Positions 17,866-26,703 of a DNA stretch of 64,000 nucleotides are shown here, in pieces. Positions within the stretch are counted from its first letter, which is position 1. Each line of letters starts with the position of its first letter. The translations under genes were made by a program, and so were the position numbers. The DNA comes from an uncultured Acidobacteriota bacterium (GTDB lineage Bacteria; Acidobacteriota; Thermoanaerobaculia; Multivoradales; UBA5704). Location: contig OY969474.1 of the NCBI GenBank assembly GCA_963700145.1, positions 2,624,001 through 2,688,000 on the forward strand, read 5' to 3'. The notes beneath the pieces are model-generated. The model was not told where the DNA came from, did not search any database, and worked only from the letters and a program-made list of their open reading frames with translations.

Positions 17866-19887
17866 ATGAAGAAACCGCGAATCGAGAGCCGCTGGAACGA
17901 GCGGGAAGCGCGGCGGTGGCGGGAATCGACGCCCGACCCGCTGCTCGGGCTGCGGGTGTACACCTCGCGCCTCCTCGGGGCCGATCCGTCGCTCGTGCTC
18001 CACGGCGGCGGCAACACCTCGGTCAAGTCGACGGCGCGGGACGTCCTCGGCGAGGAAGTGGAGGTCGTCTGGGTCAAGGCCAGCGGCTGGGACCTGGCGA
18101 CGATCGAGGCCCAGGGGTTCGCGCCGCTCGAGCTCGGGCGGGCGCGGCGCCTGCTCGACGCGCCGGCGCTCTCCGACCTCGAGATGATGCGCGAGCTGCG
18201 GCGCTGCCGGCTCGACCCGCAGGCGCCGGACCCCTCGGTCGAGGCGCTCCTCCACGCCTTCCTCCCCCACCGCTTCGTCGATCACACCCACGCCGACGCC
18301 GTCTTGGCGCTGATCCAGACGCCGGACGGCGCGCGGCGGGCGCGCGACCTCTTCGGCGGCGAGTTCCTCATCGTGCCGTACGTCAAGCCGGGCTTCGACC
18401 TCGCCGTCGAGTGCCGGCGGCGCTGGCTCGCGGCCGTGCGGGAGGGCTTCGAGGCGCGCGGCATGATCCTCCTCAACCACGGCGTCTTCACCTTCGACGA
18501 CGACCCGCGCGCCAGCTACGAGCGGATGCTCGCCGCGGTCGCCGCCGCGGCGGCCGAGCTGCCGCGCCCCGAGCGCCGCGCCGCCGCCCCCCGCCGCCGC
18601 CGCGCCGCCGCTGCCGATGCCGCCTGGACGCCGGCCGCGATCGCCGGCCTGCGCGCCGAGCTGTCGCGCCTCGCCGGGAACCCGATGATCCTGACGCTCG
18701 ACACCGGCGAGGAGGCGCGCCGCTTCGCCGGCCGCCCCGACCTCGACGCCGTCGCCGGCCGCGGCACCCTCACTCCCGACCACGTGCTGCGTACCAAGCG
18801 CGTCCCCGCCGTCGTGCGCGACCCGGAGCGCGCCGCCCGCGACCTCGACCGCTACGCCGCCGCCTACCGCCGCTACTTCGAGCGCCACGTGGACGGCCGC
18901 CCGCTCGCCATGCTCGACCCGGCGCCGCGCATCGTGCTGGCGCCGGGGCTCGGCTTCTTCGCCGCCGGGCGGACGGCCCGCGACGCGGACATCGCGGCCG
19001 ACGTCTACCGCCACACGATCGGCGCGATCGAAGCCGCCGAGCGGCTGGGCGGCTTCCGGCCGCTGCCGGCGCGCCACCTCTTCGAGGTCGAGTACTGGGA
19101 CCTCGAGCAGGCGAAGCTCCGGCGCGGCGGCGCGCCGGCGCCGCTGGCAGGACGGGTGGCGCTGGTGACCGGCGCGGCCAGCGGCATCGGCGCCGCCTCC
19201 GCCGCGGCCTTGAAGGAGCGCGGCGCCGCGGTCGTCGGGCTCGACCTCCAGCCCGCACCGGACGGGCGCGCCGATCTCCACCTCGTCGCCGACGCCGCCG
19301 ACGCCGCCGCAGTGCGCGCCGCCGTGGCGCAAGCGGTCGAGCGCTTCGGCGGCATCGACGCGGTAGTGAGCTGCGTCGGCGTCTTCGCCGCCGGCCCGAC
19401 GGTCGAGGAGCTGGACGACCTCACCTGGGCGCGGGTCATGGACCTGAACGCCCGCTCTCACTTGACGCTCCTGCGCGAGACGATCCCGCTGCTTCGCCGG
19501 GCCGCCGGCGGCGGCTCGGTCGTCCTCATCGGCTCGCGCAACGTCGCCGCCCCCGGCCCCGGCGCGGCGGCCTACTCCGCCTCCAAGGCCGCGCTGACCC
19601 AGCTCGGCCGCGTCGCGGCGCTCGAGCTCGCCGAGCACGGCGTCCGCGTCAACGTCCTCCACCCCGACGCGGTCTTCGACACCAACCTCTGGAGCCCCGA
19701 GCTGATCGCCTCGCGGGCCGAGAAGTACGGCATCTCCCCGGAGGAGTACCGGCGCCGCAACCTGCTCGGCGTCGAGGTGCGCGCCGCCGACGTCGGGGCG
19801 CTCGCCGCCGCCCTCTGCACCGACCTCTTCTCCCGCACCACCGGCGCGCAGATCCCGGTTGACGGCGGCAACCCGCGGGTTATCTAG
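17866..19887 (+). CDS. Bifunctional class II aldolase / short-chain dehydrogenase (RhaD-like)
   Basis: HGGGNTSVK, PSVEALLH, DHTHAD, NHG; C-terminal TGAASGIG and YSASK. Confidence 0.9.
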   Translation: MKKPRIESRWNEREARRWRESTPDPLLGLRVYTSRLLGADPSLVLHGGGNTSVKSTARDVLGEEVEVVWVKASGWDLATIEAQGFAPLELGRARRLLDAPALSDLEMMRELRRCRLDPQAPDPSVEALLHAFLPHRFVDHTHADAVLALIQTPDGARRARDLFGGEFLIVPYVKPGFDLAVECRRRWLAAVREGFEARGMILLNHGVFTFDDDPRASYERMLAAVAAAAAELPRPERRAAAPRRRRAAAADAAWTPAAIAGLRAELSRLAGNPMILTLDTGEEARRFAGRPDLDAVAGRGTLTPDHVLRTKRVPAVVRDPERAARDLDRYAAAYRRYFERHVDGRPLAMLDPAPRIVLAPGLGFFAAGRTARDADIAADVYRHTIGAIEAAERLGGFRPLPARHLFEVEYWDLEQAKLRRGGAPAPLAGRVALVTGAASGIGAASAAALKERGAAVVGLDLQPAPDGRADLHLVADAADAAAVRAAVAQAVERFGGIDAVVSCVGVFAAGPTVEELDDLTWARVMDLNARSHLTLLRETIPLLRRAAGGGSVVLIGSRNVAAPGPGAAAYSASKAALTQLGRVAALELAEHGVRVNVLHPDAVFDTNLWSPELIASRAEKYGISPEEYRRRNLLGVEVRAADVGALAAALCTDLFSRTTGAQIPVDGGNPRVI

Positions 19888-20645
19888 GCGCCGATGCGCT
19901 CGGGCGGGTAGATCCGCACCTCCACGCCCGGCGCGGCGTGGACGAGTGGCGGCGCGTCGGGGCGGGTGACGCCGGCGGCGGCGAGAAGGGTCTCCTCCAG
20001 GCCTTCGAGCGCCGTCTCCTCCTGGAGCGGGTAGGCCTCGTGGTGGACCTGGCCGCGCCAGAGGGTGCCGTCCTCGCCGGCGGCGTAGAGGAAGTAGCGC
20101 TCGACGAGGAAGAAGTCGAGCGAGCGGAAGGCGGCCGGGTGCGTGCCGCCGCGGGTCGTCCAGCGCAGGTCGCAGCCCGGCGGCGGCGCCGGCGCCCGCC
20201 GCTCGGAATGGAAGTGGTAGCGCGCCGGGTCGCCGGGCTCGACGTCGAACTGCATCCGCGCGTCGTAGTAGGGCAGCCGGTAGACGGCGCGGGCGCCGGC
20301 CACGGCGAGCAGGCTCGCCGCGTCGAGGCTGAAGAACCAGACGCCCGGGTCGCGCCCGCCGTGGTGGACGTAGGTGCGGACGTTGACCTCGTGGAAGTCG
20401 GAGACGAAGGGCACCGGCGGCGTGAAGGGGGCGCGGCTGCCGGTGATGGTGAAGGGGATCAGGCCGACCCAGGCGCGGCCGTCGAAGAGGTCCAGCTCGA
20501 GCCCGGCCGGCACCAGCGGCCGCAGCACCTCCGGCGGCAGGTCCCAGTGCAGGAAAAGCAGGTGGTGCCAGCTCTGGCGCAGCAGCGGCGCGCGCTCCGG
20601 CCGCAGGGTCGGCGTGGTGCGGTCGATCTCGGCGGAGCGGTCCAC
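19884..20645 (-). CDS. DUF2071 (YqjF) family protein
   Basis: QSWHHLLFLHW, EVNVRTYV, PGVWFFSLDA, FFLVERY. Confidence 0.9.
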   Translation of the reverse strand: MDRSAEIDRTTPTLRPERAPLLRQSWHHLLFLHWDLPPEVLRPLVPAGLELDLFDGRAWVGLIPFTITGSRAPFTPPVPFVSDFHEVNVRTYVHHGGRDPGVWFFSLDAASLLAVAGARAVYRLPYYDARMQFDVEPGDPARYHFHSERRAPAPPPGCDLRWTTRGGTHPAAFRSLDFFLVERYFLYAAGEDGTLWRGQVHHEAYPLQEETALEGLEETLLAAAGVTRPDAPPLVHAAPGVEVRIYPPERIGA

Positions 20646-20654
20646 GCCGCGAGG

Positions 20655-21476
20655 CTAATACATGATGCCGCAGTGGTACTCGACGATCTGCTCGTCGCTC
20701 TCGCCGAGCACGTGGTTCGGCCAGGCGATCCGCGCCGTGCGCCGGAAGAAGCCTCCGAACTTGGTGTAGACGAGGACCTCCACTTCCGCGAAGTCCCCCG
20801 CCCGGCGGACGACCGGCGCGAGGTCGTACTGCCGCAGGCGCTCGCGCTCCCCGGGAGTGACGCCGTCGATCATGCTCGGCCCCTCCGGCTCGTCGGGGAG
20901 CGTCCCCACGAGCTGCTCCAGCCGCTCGGGCGTGCAGACGTACTCGGTGTCGAAGTAGTTGTCGTGCCAGTGGAGGTAGAACTTCTGCCCCTCGAGCGCG
21001 AGGAGGGAGAGCTGGAAGGCCCCTTCGGGGGAGCGCTCGGCGGAGAGGCGCCAGAGCCAGGGGTGGACGCCGGGCTGGTTGCCCCAGGGGAAGTGTCGGC
21101 TGTACTCGTCGGGCGTGGTGAGCGGCGGCGCGTCGCGGCGGCGCGGGTAGAGGAGCGGCGAGCCGCCGTTGCCCCAGTAGCTGTAGACGTAGTCGAGGTC
21201 CCAGCCGTCGTCGGGGCGCAGGCGGTCGAAGACCTCGAAGTAGCGGTTGGGATCGAAGCGCTCCTCCGGCGGCAGCCAGGGACGCGGCTCGTCGAAGATG
21301 CTGGTGTGGGCGTCGGGCATCTCCGCGTGCTCGCGCCGCAGCGCCGCGAGCGCGGCGAGCACCCGCGCCGCCTCGTCCGTCGTCACCCGGCTCGTCTCCT
21401 CGGGCACGAACGGCTCGGGAAACGGCAACGGCGACGGCGGCCGCGGGGGACGGCCGAAGAGCGAGCGGAGGCCCAT
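20655..21476 (-). CDS. Hypothetical protein
   Basis: Host-like codon usage, aromatic-rich (FYLHWHDNY), ends EYHCGIMY; TAGCCT -10-like box upstream. Confidence 0.65.
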   Translation of the reverse strand: MGLRSLFGRPPRPPSPLPFPEPFVPEETSRVTTDEAARVLAALAALRREHAEMPDAHTSIFDEPRPWLPPEERFDPNRYFEVFDRLRPDDGWDLDYVYSYWGNGGSPLLYPRRRDAPPLTTPDEYSRHFPWGNQPGVHPWLWRLSAERSPEGAFQLSLLALEGQKFYLHWHDNYFDTEYVCTPERLEQLVGTLPDEPEGPSMIDGVTPGERERLRQYDLAPVVRRAGDFAEVEVLVYTKFGGFFRRTARIAWPNHVLGESDEQIVEYHCGIMY

Positions 21477-21525
21477 CGGCGGAGAGGCTAGCACCGGCCC
21501 GGCGCCGCTGCGCTACGCTGCGCGG

Positions 21526-22893
21526 GTGCCTCGCCGCGCGCCTTGCGCCCTCGCCGCCGCGCTCCTCGTCGTGGGCTGCGCCGGCGGCGGCGCGGCGGGC
21601 TGCGCCGGCGACGGCGAGCCGCGGCCGCTCAACGTCGTCCTCGTCCTCGTCGACACCCTGCGCGCCGACCACCTCGGGGCCTACGGCTACCCGCGCCCGA
21701 CGAGCCCGGCGCTCGACGCCTTCGCGCAGGAGGCGGTCGTCTTCACCGACGCGCGCAGCCAGGCCGGGTGCACCTTCCCTTCGGTCAACTCGCTCCTCAC
21801 CTCGCAGCTCCCCGAACGCTTCCTCGGCCAGCCGGAGGGCAGGATCGGCATCCCCGACGGCCTCCCGACCCTTCCCGAGCTGCTGCGCGCCCGCGGCTGG
21901 ACGACCGCCGCGGTCTCGGCCAGCTCGGTCGTCCGCCGCCGCCCGAGCGACCTCAACCCGCACGGCGGCTTCGGCCGCGGCTTCGACCTCTTCTTGGAGG
22001 ACTGCGTCTGGAAGTCGGCGGCCTGCGTCAACCGGCAGGCGCTGCCGCTCCTCCAGAGCCTGCCGCGCCCCTTCTTCCTCTACCTCCACTACCTCGACCC
22101 GCACGCCCCCTACCAGCCGCCGCGCGCCCACCCCCGCCGCTTTGCGCACGGCTGGTCGGACAAGCGCTTCGTCCGCCGCGGCAATCCCAAACCGATCGGA
22201 CGCTGGCTCTACCAGGGGGCGCCCGACCCGGGGGTGACGGCCGCCGACCTCCGCCTCCTCGTCGACTGGTACGACGAGGAGATCGCCTTCTGGGACAGCG
22301 AGCTCGCGCGCCTGCTCGGGGCGCTCGCGCGGGCCGGGCTCGACGAGGAGACGGTGGTGGTCGTCGCCGCCGATCACGGCGAGGAGCTCCTCGAGCACCG
22401 GCACGTCCAGCACTGCCGCACGGTCTTCGACAGCTCGATCCGGGTGCCGCTCCTGGTGCGGGCGCCCGGGCTGGAGGCGCGGCGGGTGGCGGCCGGGGCG
22501 CAGAACCTGGACGTCCTGCCCACGCTGCTCGACCTCTTGGAGGTGCCGGCGGAAGGGGTCGCCTTCGCGGGGAGGAGTCTGCGGCCGGCGTTGGAGGAAG
22601 GCCGGCGGGTGAACGGGCGGCAGGTGAGCGCGCAGGGCGCGTACCACGCCGTCGTCGGCCCGCGGCACAAGCTGATCGCCGACCTGGCGAGCGGGAAGGC
22701 TTGGCTCTACGACCTCGAAGCGGATCCCGGCGAGACGCGCGACCGCCTCGCGGCAGAACGCCGCGCCGCCGCCCCTCTTCGCGCCGCCCTCCGTACCTGG
22801 CTCGCCGCAAGCGCCGCCGGCGACACCGCCGCCCTCCTCGACCGCTCCCGCGAGGCCGAGGAGCGGCTGCGTGCCGTCGGCTACATCGAGTGA
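21526..22893 (+). CDS. Sulfatase-like / alkaline phosphatase superfamily lipoprotein
   Basis: VDTLRADHLG, HYLDPH, ADHGEE, LYDLEADPGE, LRAVGYI; nucleophile motif TFPSV rather than C/SxPxR. Confidence 0.85.
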   Translation: MPRRAPCALAAALLVVGCAGGGAAGCAGDGEPRPLNVVLVLVDTLRADHLGAYGYPRPTSPALDAFAQEAVVFTDARSQAGCTFPSVNSLLTSQLPERFLGQPEGRIGIPDGLPTLPELLRARGWTTAAVSASSVVRRRPSDLNPHGGFGRGFDLFLEDCVWKSAACVNRQALPLLQSLPRPFFLYLHYLDPHAPYQPPRAHPRRFAHGWSDKRFVRRGNPKPIGRWLYQGAPDPGVTAADLRLLVDWYDEEIAFWDSELARLLGALARAGLDEETVVVVAADHGEELLEHRHVQHCRTVFDSSIRVPLLVRAPGLEARRVAAGAQNLDVLPTLLDLLEVPAEGVAFAGRSLRPALEEGRRVNGRQVSAQGAYHAVVGPRHKLIADLASGKAWLYDLEADPGETRDRLAAERRAAAPLRAALRTWLAASAAGDTAALLDRSREAEERLRAVGYIE

Positions 22894-22908
22894 GGAACGA
22901 GCGCCCAA

Positions 22909-22914
22909 TATAAT
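22909..22914 (+). promoter_or_regulatory. Consensus -10 box 7 nt upstream of ATG (leaderless promoter)
   Basis: TATAAT-TGGCCGG-ATG with no SD; one of many such TANNNT boxes in the window. Confidence 0.6.
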
Positions 22915-22921
22915 TGGCCGG

Positions 22922-24661
22922 ATGTGGCGTTTGACGTTGGTCGTCCTGTCGTCCTGTCTTTTCTCCGGCGTCGCGGCCTTCGCGCAGTCCGCGCAGCCGG
23001 AGCCCCGAACCCTCCAGCGGGCGCGCCTCGGGCACGCGGCGCGGCCGCAGCTCCGCCACGATCCCCGGCACCTGCTGGTGCGGCTGGCCGCCGGCGTCGA
23101 GGCGGCGAAGGCCCTACCGCCTGGCTCGCGCCCCATCTTCGGGCGCTGGTTCACGGTGCCAGCCGGCCCCGGGCTGACCGCCGGCCAGGCGCTGGAGAGC
23201 TGGCTCGACCGGCCGGGCGTCGAGACGGTCGAGCTCAACTACGTGGCGCGGGCCCGGCCCTCCCCCTCCGGGCCGCGCGCCGCCCCAGCCGCCGCCACCT
23301 TCACGCCGAACGATCCGCTCTACCCCCTGCAGTGGCACCTGAAGGCGATCCAGATGCCGGCGGCCTGGGGCCTCTCGCGAGGCGAGGGCGTGCGCGTCGC
23401 GGTCATCGACACCGGGGTCGCCCGCGGCGGCAAGGATCTCAAGTGCCAGGCGTTCCCCGCCGAGTACGACGCTTTCCTCGACGTCGAGGGGCCGGGCGCG
23501 GCGGCGCGCGACGTCCTGGGGCACGGCACGCACGTCGCCGGCACCGTCGCCCAGTGCACCCACAACGCCGAGGGCTTCGCGGGCGTCGCCTTCGCCTCCA
23601 CCCTGCTGCCGATCGTCGCCGCGGACCCGGAGGACCCGCAGGACCTCCCGAACGACGCGCTGGCGCGGGGTGTCGTCTGGGCGTCCGAGCACGGCGCGCG
23701 GGTGGTCAACATCTCGGTGGGCACCGACTGCGACGGGCTGGAATGGCCGGAGTGCTCCTCCTCCATGCTCAACGAGGCGCTGGAGCTGGCGGCCGCCCGC
23801 GACGTCCTGGTCGTCGTCTCGGTGGGCAACTCGGAGCAGGACTCGGTGGCGCACCCGGCCAACCACCCCGACGTCGTGGCGGTGACGGCGCTCGACCTCG
23901 ACGGCCTGGCGCCCTACCCCAACCGCGGCGAGGCCGTGGACCTCGCCGCGCCCGGCGGCAACGTCCGCCAGGACCTCGACGACGACGGGCACCGCGACGT
24001 GGTCTTCCAGGAGACCCTGGGCAGCTTCTGTGTCAGCCCCAAGGAGTACGTCTACTGCGGCAGCGAAGGCACCTCGATGGCGAGCCCTCACGTCGCCGGC
24101 GCCGCCGCCCTGCTGCGCTCCCACCGCCCCGCCGCCACCGCCGTGCAGGTGCGGCGGGCGCTCGAGGAGTCGGCGCAGGACCTGGGCGAGCCCGGCCATG
24201 ATCCAGTCTTCGGTAATGGTGCCCTGCGGGCGCATGACGCGCTGCTGCGGCTCGACGAGCTGCTCCTCGACGACGCCGCGCAGCCCTGTCAGCCCGGCCC
24301 GACCACGCTCTGCATCGACGACCAGCCCGGCGACGGCCGCTTCCGCATCGAGGTGACGTTCGCCACCAGCCAGGCCGGAGGCGTCAGCGGGGAGGCGCGG
24401 GCGATCCCGCTAGCGGGGCTGGGGGTGTCGGCCGGCGGCCTCTTCTGGTTCTTCGGCCAGGAGAACCCCGAGATGCTGGTCAAGGTCCTCGACGGCTGCG
24501 GCGTCAACGGCAACTACTGGGTGTTCTACTCGGCCGGCACCAACGTCGGCTTCACCGTCACCGTCGACGACACCGCCACCGGCCGGCGCAAGACGTACGA
24601 GAACGAGGACCGCACGCCCGCCCCGCCGGTCCAGGACACCGCGGCGTTCTCGTGCAGTTGA
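22922..24661 (+). CDS. Secreted S8 (subtilisin-like) serine protease with Cys-containing C-terminal module
   Basis: Signal peptide; IDTG, HGTHVAG, GTSMASPHVAG triad; C-terminal LFWFF..NPEMLVKVLDGC..NGNYWVF..TNV module. Confidence 0.92.
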   Translation: MWRLTLVVLSSCLFSGVAAFAQSAQPEPRTLQRARLGHAARPQLRHDPRHLLVRLAAGVEAAKALPPGSRPIFGRWFTVPAGPGLTAGQALESWLDRPGVETVELNYVARARPSPSGPRAAPAAATFTPNDPLYPLQWHLKAIQMPAAWGLSRGEGVRVAVIDTGVARGGKDLKCQAFPAEYDAFLDVEGPGAAARDVLGHGTHVAGTVAQCTHNAEGFAGVAFASTLLPIVAADPEDPQDLPNDALARGVVWASEHGARVVNISVGTDCDGLEWPECSSSMLNEALELAAARDVLVVVSVGNSEQDSVAHPANHPDVVAVTALDLDGLAPYPNRGEAVDLAAPGGNVRQDLDDDGHRDVVFQETLGSFCVSPKEYVYCGSEGTSMASPHVAGAAALLRSHRPAATAVQVRRALEESAQDLGEPGHDPVFGNGALRAHDALLRLDELLLDDAAQPCQPGPTTLCIDDQPGDGRFRIEVTFATSQAGGVSGEARAIPLAGLGVSAGGLFWFFGQENPEMLVKVLDGCGVNGNYWVFYSAGTNVGFTVTVDDTATGRRKTYENEDRTPAPPVQDTAAFSCS

Positions 24662-24664
24662 GGG

Positions 24665-26110
24665 CTACTCGTAGACGATGAACCCGGGCGCGAGGATGCC
24701 GTCCGGGTCCCAGCGCTTCTTGGCGGCCTGGACCGTGGGCCACCGGTCGCCGAAGTGCTGCGCCCAGCGCTCGGCGGTGTCGAAGCTGATGTAGCCGGAG
24801 AGATAGCGCTTGCCGCCGTAGTAGATCGACAGCTCGCTCGCCATGTCGAGCTTGGCGAGCCCCTCCTCCAGGAACTCGCGCGGCACCGCGCCGAGGATCC
24901 CCCAGCCCATCACCACCTCGCCGCCGGGGTGCATGAAGAGCGGCACGTCCGAGCAGTCGGTGCGCGAAGGCCACAGCAGGACGTGGCCGCCAGCCCCGAG
25001 CGCCCCGGGCGGGAGCTGCGCCAGGATGCTCTCGATGAACTCCTGCGACCCCTCCCAGGGGAGGATCGTCTCCATCCAGGGGTGCGGGTGTTCCCAGTAG
25101 CCGGTGCGCCGCCAGAGCTCGAACATCGGCTCCATGCGGCGGCAGAAGTCGAGCTGCGTCGTGTCCTCGGTGTGGGCGTGGCGGTGGAAGCGGAGGCCGG
25201 CGAGGAGCGCCGCGTCGTCCGGCTCCTCGCCGGGCGCGAGCTCGGTCGAGAGGAACATCGGGAAGACCCAGTGCGCGAACCCCAGGACCCCCACCCCCAG
25301 CTCCAGCCCCTCGCCGATCGAGCGGAAGCCGAGCGGCGCCGGCGAGCAGATGCCGCCGAGGCTGTGGAAGGAGCGGTCGGCCGGGTCCATGATCCGCCGC
25401 GCGTCCTCCATGAAGAGGTCGAGCCGGTCGTAGACCAGCGTGAACATCCGCACCCGCGGCCGGCAGCGGCGGAGCTTGAGCGTCGCCCGGGTGATGATGC
25501 CGAACTGCCCGAGGCCGCAGCGCACGACGTCGAAGAGCTCGCGGTGGCGCTGGCGCGAGCAGACGACGATCTCGCCTTCGCCGGTCACCACCTCCAGCTC
25601 CAAGACGTTGTCGGCCTGCGTGCCGTAGCGGAAGCTCGCCACGCCGAGCCCGGCCATCGAGAGCGTCCCCGCCACCGTCACGCCGAGGTTGTTGGTGAGG
25701 ACCGGCGGCACCAGGTCCTGCGCCGTCGTCGCCACGACCAGGTCGCGCCAGACGACGCCGCCGTCGACGGTGGCGGTCAGCGCTTCGGCGTCGATCGCGT
25801 GGATGCGGTTGAGCGGCGCGGTGTCGAGCACCACGCCGCCATCGGAGGTGGCCTGGCCGGTCTGGGTGTGCGCCTGGCCGCGCGGCACGATCGGCACCCG
25901 CAGCTCGCGGCAGCGGCGCACCACCTCGGCCACCTCCTCGGCCGAGGCGCAGAACGCCACCGCGCCGGGCAGGCGGTCAACGAGACGGCCGAAGTCGCTG
26001 CGGTAGCGGGCGCGCACCTCGGGGTCGAGGCTGATGCGGCCGCCGAGCGCCGCCTGCAGCGACTGCAGGGCGCCGGCGGCGGCGGTCGGGTCGGACGTGT
26101 GGACGGTCAT
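24665..26110 (-). CDS. FAD-linked oxidoreductase, cytokinin dehydrogenase-like
   Basis: DFG, PRGQAHTQTGQA, TVAGTLS, GLGQFGIITRA, WEHPHPW, KKRWDPDGILAPG. Confidence 0.85.
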   Translation of the reverse strand: MTVHTSDPTAAAGALQSLQAALGGRISLDPEVRARYRSDFGRLVDRLPGAVAFCASAEEVAEVVRRCRELRVPIVPRGQAHTQTGQATSDGGVVLDTAPLNRIHAIDAEALTATVDGGVVWRDLVVATTAQDLVPPVLTNNLGVTVAGTLSMAGLGVASFRYGTQADNVLELEVVTGEGEIVVCSRQRHRELFDVVRCGLGQFGIITRATLKLRRCRPRVRMFTLVYDRLDLFMEDARRIMDPADRSFHSLGGICSPAPLGFRSIGEGLELGVGVLGFAHWVFPMFLSTELAPGEEPDDAALLAGLRFHRHAHTEDTTQLDFCRRMEPMFELWRRTGYWEHPHPWMETILPWEGSQEFIESILAQLPPGALGAGGHVLLWPSRTDCSDVPLFMHPGGEVVMGWGILGAVPREFLEEGLAKLDMASELSIYYGGKRYLSGYISFDTAERWAQHFGDRWPTVQAAKKRWDPDGILAPGFIVYE

Positions 26111-26601
26111 CGTTCCTCCGGCGGCGGGTCCGGCCGCGGTCCCGCCGGCTGCGGCGGCTGCGGGGTCGGCGGCGGGCTCTCGACGGCGAGGACGGTGTCG
26201 AATCCCTCCTCGACCCAGGCCGCGAAGCCGCCGTGGATCAGGATGGCGTCGCGATAGCCGCTCGCCATCAGGAACTCCATCGCCTGCTCGCCGCAGGCCG
26301 CGTTCCGACAGTAGACCAGGAAAGTCTGGTCGCGGTAGGCGCTGATGTCGAGCAGGAGCCGGCGGAGGCGGTCCTCCTCGATGTTGATCGCCCCCTTGAC
26401 GTGCCCCTCCGGACCCCGGAACTCCTGCGGCGGCCGCAGGTCGAGGATCAAGATGTCCGGGCTGTCGCGCAGGATCTCGTAGGCCACCGCCGGACGCACC
26501 TTGCGGAAGGGCGGCGGCTCGCTGCGCCCGGAGCGGCAGGCGGCCGCGGCGCAGGCCAGCGCGAGGATCGGGACGAGCTTGGGGAGGAGCGGTGCGGTCA
26601 G
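26107..26601 (-). CDS. Rhodanese-domain lipoprotein (probable CTG start)
   Basis: LDLRPPQEF..GHVKGAINI, VYCR, GGFAAW; in-frame signal peptide/lipobox LALACAAAAC lies upstream of the first GTG. Confidence 0.75.
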   Translation of the reverse strand: MTAPLLPKLVPILALACAAAACRSGRSEPPPFRKVRPAVAYEILRDSPDILILDLRPPQEFRGPEGHVKGAINIEEDRLRRLLLDISAYRDQTFLVYCRNAACGEQAMEFLMASGYRDAILIHGGFAAWVEEGFDTVLAVESPPPTPQPPQPAGPRPDPPPEER

Positions 26602-26635
26602 GGCTGCGGCCTCGGAGCGGGAGTCTAGCAGCGAG

Positions 26636-26703
26636 AAACGCCCGGCACGTAGGCCGGGCGCTACGAATCGTCCCGTAGCGCCCGGGCTACGTCCCGGGCG
26701 TTT
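26636..26703. repeat. GTAG-family REP doublet
   Basis: AAACGCCCGGCACGTAGGCCGGGCGCTACG ... CGTAGCGCCCGGGCTACGTCCCGGGCGTTT. Confidence 0.85.

Noticed and set aside
17851-23238. 1795-aa minus-strand ORF
   Set aside because: Low-complexity Arg/Ala/Gly/Pro shadow frame overlapping several well-supported genes; long stop-free frames are expected at this GC.
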